63,377 bases of DNA from the NCBI GenBank assembly GCA_036395695.1, contig DASWDA010000028.1:1-63377 (forward strand). Reading direction: 5' to 3'. Under the pieces are notes generated by a model, which searched no databases, was not told the DNA's origin, and was given only the letters and a program-made list of their open reading frames with translations. Position numbers and translations under genes: made by a program. Positions 1 through 11,293 of this stretch are shown one piece after another. Every line of letters begins with the position of its first letter. The stretch's first letter is position 1. The stretch comes from Gemmatimonadales bacterium (GTDB lineage Bacteria; Gemmatimonadota; Gemmatimonadetes; Gemmatimonadales; GWC2-71-9).

Positions 1-36
1 GGCCAGTCGCCGAGCACACGGCCGTTCCCGCCGGAC

Positions 37-1635
37 GTGCTGGAGTTCTCCGTCGGTGGCATGAGCATGCCCGAAGCGATGGAGCACCACCACGACGATT
101 CGACTGCCTGGCCGATGCCGCCGGTGCCCGCGGGTCTGACGATGCTGCCCGCCGAGATGGCGCTGCGACCCGACGTGACTCCCTTTCTGCCCACCACGAA
201 TGAGCTCCTGCCCAACGCAGATTCGAATGAGGTCCTTCGTCTCAAAGACGGTGACATCGTCGATCTCGATGCCGAGCTCGTTCGCCGCACGATCGCCGGC
301 CACACCTTCACGATGTACAGCTACAACGGGCAGTATCCCGGACCGTTGATTGAAGTCACTCAAGGGTCAGAGATCATGGTGCGGTTCACAAATCACCTGC
401 CGGATTCGACGAGCATTCATTGGCATGGGATACGGCTGGAGAACGCGTTCGACGGGGTGGATGGGGTCAGCGACGCGTTCACGTACACGCTGCGGTTTCC
501 GGACGCGGGGATCTATTGGTACCATCCGCATATTCGCGAAGACATTCAGCAAGCGCTCGGCCTGTATGGCAACATTGTCGTGCGGGAGCGCGGCGCGCGC
601 GTACGCGCCAATCGCGAGCAGTTCCTGATGGTGCAGGACCTGCTGGTCGGGGATCCGGGCGGGGGGCTCATTCCGTTTGGACAAGAATCACCGACCCACG
701 CGCTGATGGGGCGGTTTGGCAACGTGTTTCTCGTGAACGGTGCGCCAGGGTACCGGCTCGCGGTGCGCCGCGGTGAGGTTGTGCGCTTTTACTTCACGAA
801 CGTGTCGAACACGCGCACGCTCAACCTCTCATTTCCTGGCGCGCGCATGAAGCTCGTCGCGACCGACGCCGGGCCATTCGCGCATGAGGCGTGGATCGAG
901 AGCGTGGTGATTGCGCCCGCGGAGCGCTACGTCGTAGACGTGCGCTTCGACAAACCCGGGAACGTCGCGCTGGTCAATAAGGTCATCGGACTCGATCATC
1001 TATTTGGACGGTTCTTCTCGATGGTTGATACGCTCGGCAACGTGGCGGTCGCTCCGCAGCGCGTCCATCGCGACCTGAGCCGTGCGTTTGCCGCCCTACG
1101 CCGCCATTCGCCGCCCTTCGCCGCCGCCTCTGCATACCTGAATCGTCCACCCGATCAGACGCTGGTCCTGACGCTGCGCACGGAGGGCCTCCCGTACATC
1201 ACCGAGCGCCTGATGCAACTCGACTCGATCTACTTCGCGCCGGTCGAGTGGGGCGGCACGATGCCGATGATGAATTGGGCGGCGACGGGACGGCAGGTGC
1301 GCTGGGTGCTGAAGGACCCGGCGAGCGGCCGCGAGAACATGGACATTGCGTGGCACTTCCGGCGGGGTGAGCCGGCGAAGATTCGCCTCGTCAACGAACG
1401 GCGTGCGTTCCACGGCATGCAGCATCCGATTCACCTGCACGGCCAACGGTTTCTCGTCCTGGCGGTGAACGGCGTGCCGAACGGCGATCTGGCGTGGAAG
1501 GACACCGTGCTGGTGCCGGCCGGTGCGGTGGTGGATATTCTGCTCGACACCCAGAACCCTGGCGACTGGATGCTGCATTGCCACATCGCCGAGCATCTCG
1601 CGGCCGGGATGATGATGCATTTCACCGTCGATTAG
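37..1635 (+). CDS. multicopper oxidase (three cupredoxin domains); possibly 5'-truncated at the window edge
   Basis: Copper-ligand motifs SIHWHG, YWYHPH, HPIHLHG and HCHIAEHLAAGM. The reading frame is open back to nt 1, so the true start may lie upstream. Confidence 0.85.
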   Translation: MLEFSVGGMSMPEAMEHHHDDSTAWPMPPVPAGLTMLPAEMALRPDVTPFLPTTNELLPNADSNEVLRLKDGDIVDLDAELVRRTIAGHTFTMYSYNGQYPGPLIEVTQGSEIMVRFTNHLPDSTSIHWHGIRLENAFDGVDGVSDAFTYTLRFPDAGIYWYHPHIREDIQQALGLYGNIVVRERGARVRANREQFLMVQDLLVGDPGGGLIPFGQESPTHALMGRFGNVFLVNGAPGYRLAVRRGEVVRFYFTNVSNTRTLNLSFPGARMKLVATDAGPFAHEAWIESVVIAPAERYVVDVRFDKPGNVALVNKVIGLDHLFGRFFSMVDTLGNVAVAPQRVHRDLSRAFAALRRHSPPFAAASAYLNRPPDQTLVLTLRTEGLPYITERLMQLDSIYFAPVEWGGTMPMMNWAATGRQVRWVLKDPASGRENMDIAWHFRRGEPAKIRLVNERRAFHGMQHPIHLHGQRFLVLAVNGVPNGDLAWKDTVLVPAGAVVDILLDTQNPGDWMLHCHIAEHLAAGMMMHFTVD

Positions 1636-1647
1636 CGAGGATCCTTC

Positions 1648-3048
1648 ATGTACGCGCTGACTCTGTTGCTTGCGCTCACCACGCAACGTCCCGATTCGCT
1701 GGCGGCGGCGGTCCGCGAATACGTCACGGTCGATACGTCGCTGCTGGCGCTGACCCACGTGCTGCTCGTCGATGGAACGGGCGCCGCTCCCAAGTCCGAT
1801 CAGACGGTCGTGATTCGCGCCGGCCGGATCTCGGCAGTGGGCCCAGCGGCGTCGGTGCCGATTCCCGCAGGCGCGCGCGTGATGGACATGAGCGGCTCGA
1901 CCGTGATCCCCGGCATCATCGGGATGCACGACCATCTCTTTTATACGGCGGCCGGTGGCCGCGCGGTGCAGATGGGATACACCGGGCCGCGCCTGTACCT
2001 CGGCTCGGGCGTCACGACGATTCGTACCACCGGCAGCCGTTCGCCGTATGCCGAAATCAATCTGAAAGACGCGATCGATCACGGGTTCGCGCCCGGTCCG
2101 CGCATCCACCTCACGGCGCCGTACATCACCGGTGAGAACGGCGGCGGCTCGATGGCGATTCTGAATTCCCCGGAGGCGGCGCGCCGCTTCGTGGACTATT
2201 GGGCGTCCGAAGGCGCGACGTGGATCAAGGCGTACACCGACATCCGGCGCGCGGAGCTGGGCGCCGCGATTCAGGAGGCGCACAAGAAGGGCATCAAGGT
2301 CACGGGGCATCTGTGCTCGGTGAGCTTCCAGGAAGCGGTGGCGCTCGGCATCGACAATCTCGAGCACGGCATGTTGACCGCGTCCGACTTCACGACCGGG
2401 AAGCAGGCGGACCTGTGCCCGGTCAATCTGATGACGCAGATCAGCGGCGCCGATCCCAAGGGTGATGCGGGGCAGGCCACGATCCGCTCGCTCGTCGACC
2501 ACCACGTGCCCATGACGTCCACGCTCGCCGTGTACGAGCCGTTCGTCGCGAATCGTCCGACGAAAGACGACCGCACGCTGCAGGCGATGGATCCGGGAGT
2601 GCGCGACAGCTACCTGAAGCAGCGCCAGCAGATCGACTCGAGCGGCACCGGGTGGGTGTCGCTGCAGGCGTTCAAGAACGCGATGGCGTTCGAACGCGCT
2701 TTCGTCGCCGCGGGCGGCCTCATGGCCGCGGGGGTCGATCCCACCGGCATCGGCGGCGCGCTGGCCGGCTTCGGCGACCAGCGCAACTACGAGCTCTTCA
2801 TCGAGGCGGGGTTCACCCCGCCGCAGGCGGTGCAGATCATGACCCTGAACGGCGCGAAGATCCTCGGCGTCCAGCAAGCGCTCGGCAGCGTCGAGACGGG
2901 CAAGCGGGCCGACCTGGTGGTGCTGCACGGCGACCTGACGGCGGACCCGTCAGTGATTCGCAGTCCCACGATCGTGTTTAAGGATGGCGTCGGCTACGAC
3001 TCGGCAAAGCTGCTTGCGTCGGTGCAGGGGAGGGTTGGCGTTAACTAG
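1648..3048 (+). CDS. amidohydrolase-family metal-dependent hydrolase with N-terminal signal-like segment
   Basis: 466-aa ORF. IPGIIGMHDHLF (HxH metal site), KVTGHL and DNLEHG segments, and a C-terminal ADLVVL...D block typical of the amidohydrolase superfamily. Confidence 0.72.
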   Translation: MYALTLLLALTTQRPDSLAAAVREYVTVDTSLLALTHVLLVDGTGAAPKSDQTVVIRAGRISAVGPAASVPIPAGARVMDMSGSTVIPGIIGMHDHLFYTAAGGRAVQMGYTGPRLYLGSGVTTIRTTGSRSPYAEINLKDAIDHGFAPGPRIHLTAPYITGENGGGSMAILNSPEAARRFVDYWASEGATWIKAYTDIRRAELGAAIQEAHKKGIKVTGHLCSVSFQEAVALGIDNLEHGMLTASDFTTGKQADLCPVNLMTQISGADPKGDAGQATIRSLVDHHVPMTSTLAVYEPFVANRPTKDDRTLQAMDPGVRDSYLKQRQQIDSSGTGWVSLQAFKNAMAFERAFVAAGGLMAAGVDPTGIGGALAGFGDQRNYELFIEAGFTPPQAVQIMTLNGAKILGVQQALGSVETGKRADLVVLHGDLTADPSVIRSPTIVFKDGVGYDSAKLLASVQGRVGVN

Positions 3049-3078
3049 TGCCCTTGCTAGTTTCTTGGCGCAGGTGAT

Positions 3079-3152
3079 GGCGGCGTAGCTCAGCTGGTCA
3101 GAGCAGCGGAATCATAATCCGCGGGTCGTCGGTTCGAGTCCGACCGCCGCTA
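3079..3152 (+). tRNA. tRNA with CAU anticodon (elongator Met, or Ile2 if lysidine-modified)
   Basis: Hand-folded cloverleaf: acceptor GGCGGCG/CGCCGCT (G1-U72 wobble), D arm GCTC-AGCTGGTCA-GAGC, anticodon arm GCGGA-ATCATAA-TCCGC, T arm GTCGG-TTCGAGT-CCGAC. No encoded CCA. The anticodon stem lacks the three consecutive G-C pairs of an initiator tRNA. Confidence 0.85.
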
Positions 3153-3162
3153 TGCGGGATCA

Positions 3163-3198
3163 GGCCCCGGGATACTTCGGTGTCCCGGGGCCGTTTGT
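3163..3198. terminator. 10-bp perfect hairpin between the tRNA and the convergent minus-strand gene
   Basis: GGCCCCGGGA (3163-3172), 10-nt loop, TCCCGGGGCC (3183-3192), followed by GTTTGT. It lies between convergent transcription units. The U-tract is weak. Confidence 0.45.
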
Positions 3199-3205
3199 CC
3201 CGAGG

Positions 3206-3673
3206 CTAGCGGTGCGGTGGGGTCGTCGGGGGCGGCAGGTCCGAATTGAAAATGTCGGCGACGATGAGCCACCGCCCATCTTTCTCCCGCCGCCGGACCT
3301 CCAGGAACTTCCCGTGGTCAGTCTGGCCGCTCGCGAATTCCGCCTGGAACGTCCCCCGGATGTAGGCGAGGTCACCGCGCCCGTTGATCTCGATCGCGGC
3401 CGCGGTGAAATGACTCAGCGGCGGCGTTTGCTTGATCCAGGCTCGGATCGCCGTGCGGCCTTGCAGCATCATCTGGTTCGGCGGCATGAACGCCGCATTG
3501 TCGGCGTACATCGCCGCGGCCATCGAATCGCGATGCATCACGACATACGCGGTGAAGCTGTCGAGCGAGGCCCGCATCGCCGTCTTGTCGGTGTCCATGA
3601 ATGTCTGTGGGCCGCCCGCCGAGCCGCACGCGAGCGCTCCCAACACCAGCGTGCATCCCATCACTGCTCGCAT
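3206..3673 (-). CDS. SnoaL-like/DUF4440-type small lipoprotein
   Basis: 155 aa. Lipoprotein-like N-terminus MRAVMGCTLVLGALAC. The rest resembles NTF2-like DUF4440 proteins (GRWLIVADIF near the C-terminus). Confidence 0.55.
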   Translation of the reverse strand: MRAVMGCTLVLGALACGSAGGPQTFMDTDKTAMRASLDSFTAYVVMHRDSMAAAMYADNAAFMPPNQMMLQGRTAIRAWIKQTPPLSHFTAAAIEINGRGDLAYIRGTFQAEFASGQTDHGKFLEVRRREKDGRWLIVADIFNSDLPPPTTPPHR

Positions 3674-3676
3674 AGG

Positions 3677-4261
3677 TCACCTCCGCTTCCAAACGACGGG
3701 TTTGATGTCCCGTGATCGTGCCTCCGCGAATTCTTGTGCCTCCTTGAGTTTGGTTTCGTATTCGATCCGCCATTCCGCCCGCATGTTGGACCGGAAGTAG
3801 GGCGCCGTCAGCAGCTCACCGCGCGGCTCGAACTCGCCGACCGCGATGACGTCACCGAGAAACAGCGTCGAGCTCCCGCTATCCATGACGTTGGCCACGC
3901 TGCATTCGAAGTGCGCGAAGCATTCATCCAGCACCGGGACGCCCGTCTTTCCTTTATGATGGGGAATCGCGGCCAGCTTGTCCTGGTCTCGCCCGCTGAA
4001 GAAGCCCAGGCGGTGCACCACATCGAGTTGTTTCGTATTGAGCAGGTGCAGGCAAAAGCGCCCCGTTTCGAAGATCATGTCGTGGCTGTAATTGAACTTG
4101 TGGATGTAGACCGACAGCCGCGGCACCGCAGGGACGATCGAGGCCCGCACCGCCGCATCGGAGATCATCCCGTTCTCTTTGCCGCCGCGCACCGCCGTGA
4201 TCGCGACAACGGGAGACGTGAGATTGCGCAGGAGTTGGTATGTGGAGTCAGGTTGGGCCAT
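3677..4261 (-). CDS. flavin reductase-like FMN-binding protein
   Basis: 194 aa. PVVAITAVRGGKENGMISDA and FECSVANVMDSGSSTLFLGDV blocks are typical of the flavin reductase domain. Confidence 0.7.
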   Translation of the reverse strand: MAQPDSTYQLLRNLTSPVVAITAVRGGKENGMISDAAVRASIVPAVPRLSVYIHKFNYSHDMIFETGRFCLHLLNTKQLDVVHRLGFFSGRDQDKLAAIPHHKGKTGVPVLDECFAHFECSVANVMDSGSSTLFLGDVIAVGEFEPRGELLTAPYFRSNMRAEWRIEYETKLKEAQEFAEARSRDIKPVVWKRR

Positions 4262-4273
4262 ACTTCAAGATAC

Positions 4274-5629
4274 ATGAGCACTGCTCACTTGCTGCCGGGG
4301 CGCGTGTTGGCTCACGTGCGAGACGCCGGGCTCTTCCGGGAGCCCGGGGAAGCGCTTATCGCGGTCTCTGGTGGCGTGGATTCCATTGTCTTGCTCGATT
4401 TGCTGAGCGACACCGCGAGCGAGCTCGGATTGTCCCTCGTGGTCGCCCACGTCGATCATGGTATTCAGTCGGACAGTCGGACGGTCGGACGGTCGGTCAA
4501 AACACTCGCAGAGAAGTACGGACTGCCATTCGAGTCCGCCGAGCTGCATCTCGGTCCCGACACGACTGAGACCGAAGCACGGCGCGCGCGGTATGCCTGG
4601 CTCCGTGAAGTGCAAAACCGTCGCGGCGCGAAGTACCTCGTCACGGCGCATCACGAAGACGACCAGGTCGAAACAATTCTGTTGCGTGCGCTGCGCGGCA
4701 GCGCCCCCGCCGGCCTCGCCGGTATCGCCGCGCGCGCGCGGGGCGGGCTCGTGCGGCCGCTCCTGCCGTTCACGCGTGCGGAGCTGCACAGCTACGCGAC
4801 CGAGCGTGGGCTGCCGCACTACGACGATCCCGCAAACCGTGACCCTCGGCACCTGCGCTCCTGGGTGCGCACCACGCTGCTCCCGCTCCTGAACGAGCGC
4901 CTCGGCGCGCGGCTGCGGCGTGACGTACTCGCGCAGGGACGACACGCGGCGAGTGATCGCCGAGCGTGGGATCAGATGCTGGATCTTGTCCCGGATTTGA
5001 GCCTGACCGTGCAGCGCGAGGGCTTTACCGTTGCCCGCGCCAGTGTGTGCGGCTATGATAACGCATTGTCCGTCGCACTTTTGCGCGCGGCGGCCCGCAG
5101 GGTCGGACTGATGCTCGGCCCGACCCGTGCGCGGCGCCTGGTGGAGCTGGCGCAGCGACCCTCCGGACGCCGTCTGCGGTTAGGGGATGGCTGGTCGGCC
5201 GAAGTCGCCTTCGACAAGCTGCGCGTGAGCCGTGAGCTAGGCAGTGGCATCGATTGCGCGCTTGAGCACGTATGGCCGTCCGGCGAGCAGGGGTCGGCTC
5301 GTTTTGGGGAGTTCGAGATCACTTGGGCTCCGGCGGCCGCACCGCCCACGATCGAGCGCGCGACGTGGACGACCTGGGTGGACGCGGCGGAGTGGCAGGT
5401 ACGGGCACCGGCCCGCGGCGATTCGTTGGTGCCGCTCGGCGGGGTCGGGCACCGGCCGCTGAAGCGGCTATTAATGGAAGCACGGGTTCCGCGCAGCGAG
5501 CGGCCGCGCTATCCCGTGGTCAGTCGAGGGGAAACCATTCTCTGGGTCCCGGGCATCTGTCGTAGTGCGGAAGGCGTACCGGCGCCCGGAACTCGAGCGG
5601 TGAGGTTGGATGTTATCGAGTATCGCTGA
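4274..5629 (+). CDS. tilS: tRNA(Ile)-lysidine synthase
   Basis: PP-loop ALIAVSGGVDSIVLLDLL, then HVDHG and TAHHEDDQVETILLR blocks. Start set at ATG 4274 because the upstream part of track ORF 3734..5629 overlaps the convergent flavin reductase gene. tilS-hpt-ftsH is a conserved gene order. Confidence 0.88.
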   Translation: MSTAHLLPGRVLAHVRDAGLFREPGEALIAVSGGVDSIVLLDLLSDTASELGLSLVVAHVDHGIQSDSRTVGRSVKTLAEKYGLPFESAELHLGPDTTETEARRARYAWLREVQNRRGAKYLVTAHHEDDQVETILLRALRGSAPAGLAGIAARARGGLVRPLLPFTRAELHSYATERGLPHYDDPANRDPRHLRSWVRTTLLPLLNERLGARLRRDVLAQGRHAASDRRAWDQMLDLVPDLSLTVQREGFTVARASVCGYDNALSVALLRAAARRVGLMLGPTRARRLVELAQRPSGRRLRLGDGWSAEVAFDKLRVSRELGSGIDCALEHVWPSGEQGSARFGEFEITWAPAAAPPTIERATWTTWVDAAEWQVRAPARGDSLVPLGGVGHRPLKRLLMEARVPRSERPRYPVVSRGETILWVPGICRSAEGVPAPGTRAVRLDVIEYR

Positions 5630-6140
5630 GCTGAAACGTGTCGTATTTGATGAAGAGACCATCGCGGAACGGGTGCGCGAGCTGGGGCAGGAGATCAGCG
5701 CGGCCTATCCCGACGGCGAGCTGCTGGTGCTGGGCCTGCTCAAGGGCAGCTTCATCTTTCTCAGTGATCTCGTGCGGAAGATCGATCGCCCGCTGCAGGT
5801 CGACTTCCTCGTTGCATCGAGCTACGGCGAAGGCACAGTGTCGAGCGGGAATGTGCGGCTGGTGTATGACCCCGAAACGGACCTGGCCGGGAAGCACATC
5901 CTGCTGGTCGAGGACATCATCGACACCGGCAAGACGTTGAACAAGCTGGTCGCGCTGCTGCGGCAGCGGCGGCCGCGGAGTTTGGAGATCTGTGCGCTGT
6001 TACACAAACATATCGCTGCACACCTGGAGCTGGAGGCGAAATTCCTGGGATTCGACGCCCCGACGCTATTCCTGGTCGGCTATGGCCTCGATCACGCGGA
6101 AAACTTCCGGCACCTTCCCTATATAGCGAGTCTGACATAG
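5610..6140 (+). CDS. hpt: hypoxanthine phosphoribosyltransferase
   Basis: PRPP-binding loop ILLVEDIIDTGKTL and a C-terminal VGYGLD block. Overlaps the tilS end. Confidence 0.92.
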   Translation: MLSSIAELKRVVFDEETIAERVRELGQEISAAYPDGELLVLGLLKGSFIFLSDLVRKIDRPLQVDFLVASSYGEGTVSSGNVRLVYDPETDLAGKHILLVEDIIDTGKTLNKLVALLRQRRPRSLEICALLHKHIAAHLELEAKFLGFDAPTLFLVGYGLDHAENFRHLPYIASLT

Positions 6141-8128
<1,988 letters not shown>

Positions 8129-8132
<4 letters not shown>

Positions 8133-9397
8133 CCGCTCCGCAAGCGGCAGACCTTTCCAAACTTCGGATCAATCGCGACGACCCACCGCCCGCGGTCAAG
8201 CGGGCGCTGGGTCGCGTGCTGTGGCTGGTTGGGGCAGCGGTGGTCATCATCGCGGTCGTGGTGGTCCTGGGCCGCGGCAGCGCGGTGCCGGCACAGGTGG
8301 TCACCGTAACTACGGCGGCGGAGGGCGGCGCAGGGGCGGCGAGGGGCGGCAACGGCGCGGTCGCTGTGGTTGCGAACGGATACGTTGTCGCGCGCACCAA
8401 GGCCGCCGTCTCCGCCAAGATTCCCGGCCGGCTGGCAATGCTGAATGTCAGCGAAGGCTCCCGCGTGCAGAGGGGCGACGTCATCGCGCGGCTCGATAAC
8501 GCGGATTACGCGGCCGCGGTGGGCCAGGCGGAAGCCGAACTCGCGAGCGCGAAGGCGACCCTGATCGAAACGCAATCCGATCGTGATCAGCTGCAGCGCG
8601 AATTCGTTCGCGTGCGCGACATCCGTGCGCAGAATCCCAATCTCATCTCGCCCCAGGACGTCGAGAACGCCGACAGTAAGGCGCGCCAGGCAGACGCGCG
8701 GGTCAGCGCGCAACAGGCGCGTGTGGATGCCGCGGCCGCGGGACTGCGGGTGGCGCAGGCCAATCTCGAGAACACCTACATTCGCGCGCCCTTCAGCGGG
8801 ACGGTGCTGCGCAAAGAGGCCGAGGTTGGGGAAGTCGTCGCGCCGTCCGTGGGCGGCGGTCTGACGCGCGGCGCCGTGGTGACGATGGCCGACCTCGCGA
8901 CGCTTGAGGTCGAAGTCGACGTCAACGAAGCCTACATCGCGCGGATCCAGAACGGGCAGCAGGCGCGGATCACGCTCGACGCCTACCCCGACACGGCGTT
9001 CCGTGGTGCGGTGCGCCAGGTGGTGCCGACCGCGGATCGCCAGCGGGCCACGGTGCAGGTGAAGGTCGCGATCGTCGATCGCGACCCGCGCATCCTCACC
9101 GAGATGGGCGCGAAGGTCGAGTTCCTCGCGCCGCCCCGGCCGGCACAGGTGGGTGCCGCCCAACCGGTCGAGCGCCCGCGCATCATCGTCCCCGCCGAAG
9201 CCGTGCGCAACGCCAACGGCCACGACGTCGTGTGGATCGTCCGCGACGGGCGGTTACAGAGTCGTGACGTTGACGCAGGTCCGGTCAGTGGTAACTTCCG
9301 CGAGATTCGTGCGGGACTCTCGGGTGGCGAGCAGCTGCTCGTGGGTGGGATTGAGACTCCCAAAGAGGGCCAACGCGTAAAACCGAATAATCAATGA
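8129..9397 (+). CDS. HlyD/MacA-family periplasmic adaptor subunit
   Basis: N-terminal TM, a coiled-coil hairpin region, and barrel-sandwich/beta-barrel blocks (IRAPFSGTV, VVTMADL). The GTG start overlaps the ftsH stop. Confidence 0.8.
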
Positions 9398-9451
9398 TCA
9401 ATGTTCAATGATCATTGATCATTGATCACTCAACATTGAACATTGGACATT
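9389..9451. repeat. AT-rich palindromic array of nine tandem heptamers filling the adaptor-ATPase spacer
   Basis: Reads AATCAAT GATCAAT GTTCAAT GATCATT GATCATT GATCACT CAACATT GAACATT GGACATT. The left and right halves are reverse complements (CAATGTTCAATG / CATTGAACATTG). CCGAAT flanks both ends. Confidence 0.8.
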
Positions 9452-9455
9452 CCGA

Positions 9456-10154
9456 ATGGCACTCGTCGAAATCCGCGACGTCTACAAGTCATTTCAGCGC
9501 GACACGCAAAAGATCGAAGTTTTCACGGGGCTCACCCTCGACATCGAAGCGGGCAGCTTCACCGCGCTGATGGGACCGTCGGGGTCGGGCAAGTCGACCC
9601 TCCTCAATCTCATCGCGGGGCTCGACAAGCCGACGCGCGGCTCGGTCCAGGTGGGGGGTGCGGCGGTCAGCGAGATGTCGGCGGGCCAGCTCGCCGCCTG
9701 GCGGTCGAGCAACATCGGGTTTGTGTTTCAGTCGTTCAACCTGCTGCCTGTGCTCACCGCGTATCAGAACGTCGAGCTCCCGCTCCTGCTCACCCGGTTG
9801 TCGGGCAGGGAACGCACTGAGCGCGTGAAGATCGCGCTCGACGTCGTGGGTCTCGCCGACCGTGCCGATCACTATCCCCGCCAGCTATCCGGCGGACAGG
9901 AGCAGCGCACCGCGATCGCGCGCGCGATCGTCGCCGATCCGACCGTCATGTTGCTCGATGAGCCGACGGGCCAGCTCGACGCCAGAAGCTCGCAGGAAGT
10001 GCTCGCGTTGCTGCAGCGGCTCAACAACGAGTTCAACAAGACGATCATCATCGTCACGCACGACGCGCACGCCGCCGAGCGCGCCAAGACGGTCCTGCAC
10101 CTCGAGAAGGGCGACCTGATCGAGAAGCCGCGCATGGCGGCGGCCGCCCGGTGA
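9456..10154 (+). CDS. ABC transporter ATP-binding protein (MacB/LolD type)
   Basis: Walker A GPSGSGKST, signature LSGGQEQR, Walker B MLLDEPTG, H-loop THD. Confidence 0.92.
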   Translation: MALVEIRDVYKSFQRDTQKIEVFTGLTLDIEAGSFTALMGPSGSGKSTLLNLIAGLDKPTRGSVQVGGAAVSEMSAGQLAAWRSSNIGFVFQSFNLLPVLTAYQNVELPLLLTRLSGRERTERVKIALDVVGLADRADHYPRQLSGGQEQRTAIARAIVADPTVMLLDEPTGQLDARSSQEVLALLQRLNNEFNKTIIIVTHDAHAAERAKTVLHLEKGDLIEKPRMAAAAR

Positions 10155-11293
10155 AGTACGTCCGGCTGGTGCTCGCCAACCTCGGCCGCCACAAGCTCCG
10201 GTCGATTCTGACGATCGCGAGCGTGGCGCTCGCGTTGTTCCTCTTCGCCTCGCTCCGCAGCGTCACCACGACGATGGCGGCGGCGGCGCAGTTCGGCGGC
10301 GCGCGCCGCCTGGTCACGCTGAACGCGACCGGGCTGGTCTTCCCGCTCCCCCTCGCCTACGGCAACCGGATCAAGGCGCTCCCCGGGGTCACCGGTCTCT
10401 CCTGGGCCAACTGGTTCGGCGGCCGGTACGGCGACGGCAAGAGCTTTTTCGCGAATTTTGCGGTCGATGCCGAGTCCTATCTCCACCTGTATCCCGAGAT
10501 CGTGATGCCGGCCGATCAGAAGCAGGCGTTCCTGCAGGATCGCACCGGCGCGATCATCGGCGAGCGTTTGATCAGTCAGTTCGGCTGGAAGCTGGGGCAG
10601 AACGTCACGCTGCAGGGGACCATTTTCCAGGGTGACTGGACGTTCAAGATCGACGGCGTCTACCACCCCACCGATCCGGCGATCGGGGACAACGTGCTGA
10701 TCTTCCATCACGACTACTTTGACGAGCGCATCGGCCGCGCGGGGATCGCCGGCTGGTACATCGTGGAGATCGATGATCCGGCGCACGCCCCCACCATCGC
10801 CAAGGCGATCGACGACGTGTTTCGCAACTCGAGCTCGCCGACCAAGACCGGCACGGAGCGGGAGTTCCAGGCGAGCTTCGCGACGATGTGGGGCAACGTC
10901 AGCTTCCTGATGAGCACGATCGGCCTGGCCGTGGTCTTCGCGATCTTGCTGGTCACGGCGAACGCCATGATGATGAGCGCGCGCGAGCGCACCGGCGAGA
11001 TCGCCGTGCTCAAGACCGTGGGCTTCTCGGACCGGCTGCTGTTCACCCTGGTGATGGTCGAGGCGGGCGTGCTGGCGCTGACCGGCGCGGCGATCGGCCT
11101 TGGCGGCGCGACGCTCCTCTATCCGGCGATCAACTTCAACGGCGCCGGCTTCCTGCCGGGCTTCAAAGTGGCGACGAGTACGTTGATCATCGGCGCACTC
11201 GTGGCTCTCGGCCTGATGCTGGCGAGCGGTCTCGTCCCAGCGGTGCGCGCGGCCCGACTGCCGATCGTCCAGGCCCTGCGGAAGGTCGAATGA
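10151..11293 (+). CDS. FtsX/MacB-family ABC permease 1
   Basis: 380 aa. N-terminal TM (LRSILTIASVALALFLF), a large periplasmic domain, and three C-terminal TMs including the ERTGEIAVLKTVGF block. Confidence 0.8.
   Translation: MKYVRLVLANLGRHKLRSILTIASVALALFLFASLRSVTTTMAAAAQFGGARRLVTLNATGLVFPLPLAYGNRIKALPGVTGLSWANWFGGRYGDGKSFFANFAVDAESYLHLYPEIVMPADQKQAFLQDRTGAIIGERLISQFGWKLGQNVTLQGTIFQGDWTFKIDGVYHPTDPAIGDNVLIFHHDYFDERIGRAGIAGWYIVEIDDPAHAPTIAKAIDDVFRNSSSPTKTGTEREFQASFATMWGNVSFLMSTIGLAVVFAILLVTANAMMMSARERTGEIAVLKTVGFSDRLLFTLVMVEAGVLALTGAAIGLGGATLLYPAINFNGAGFLPGFKVATSTLIIGALVALGLMLASGLVPAVRAARLPIVQALRKVE

Noticed and set aside
3734-4273. 5' extension of the tilS track ORF (631 aa).
   Set aside because: It overlaps the convergent flavin reductase gene on the opposite strand and has no TilS-like sequence. 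The PP-loop domain starts shortly after ATG 4274.
9389-9451. Tandem short repeats here and at 53932-54042 considered as a CRISPR array or rRNA/tRNA fragment.
   Set aside because: The units are 7 nt with no spacers, there are no cas genes, and the arrays are under 120 nt. The architecture is tandem heptamers forming a dyad, not repeat-spacer.
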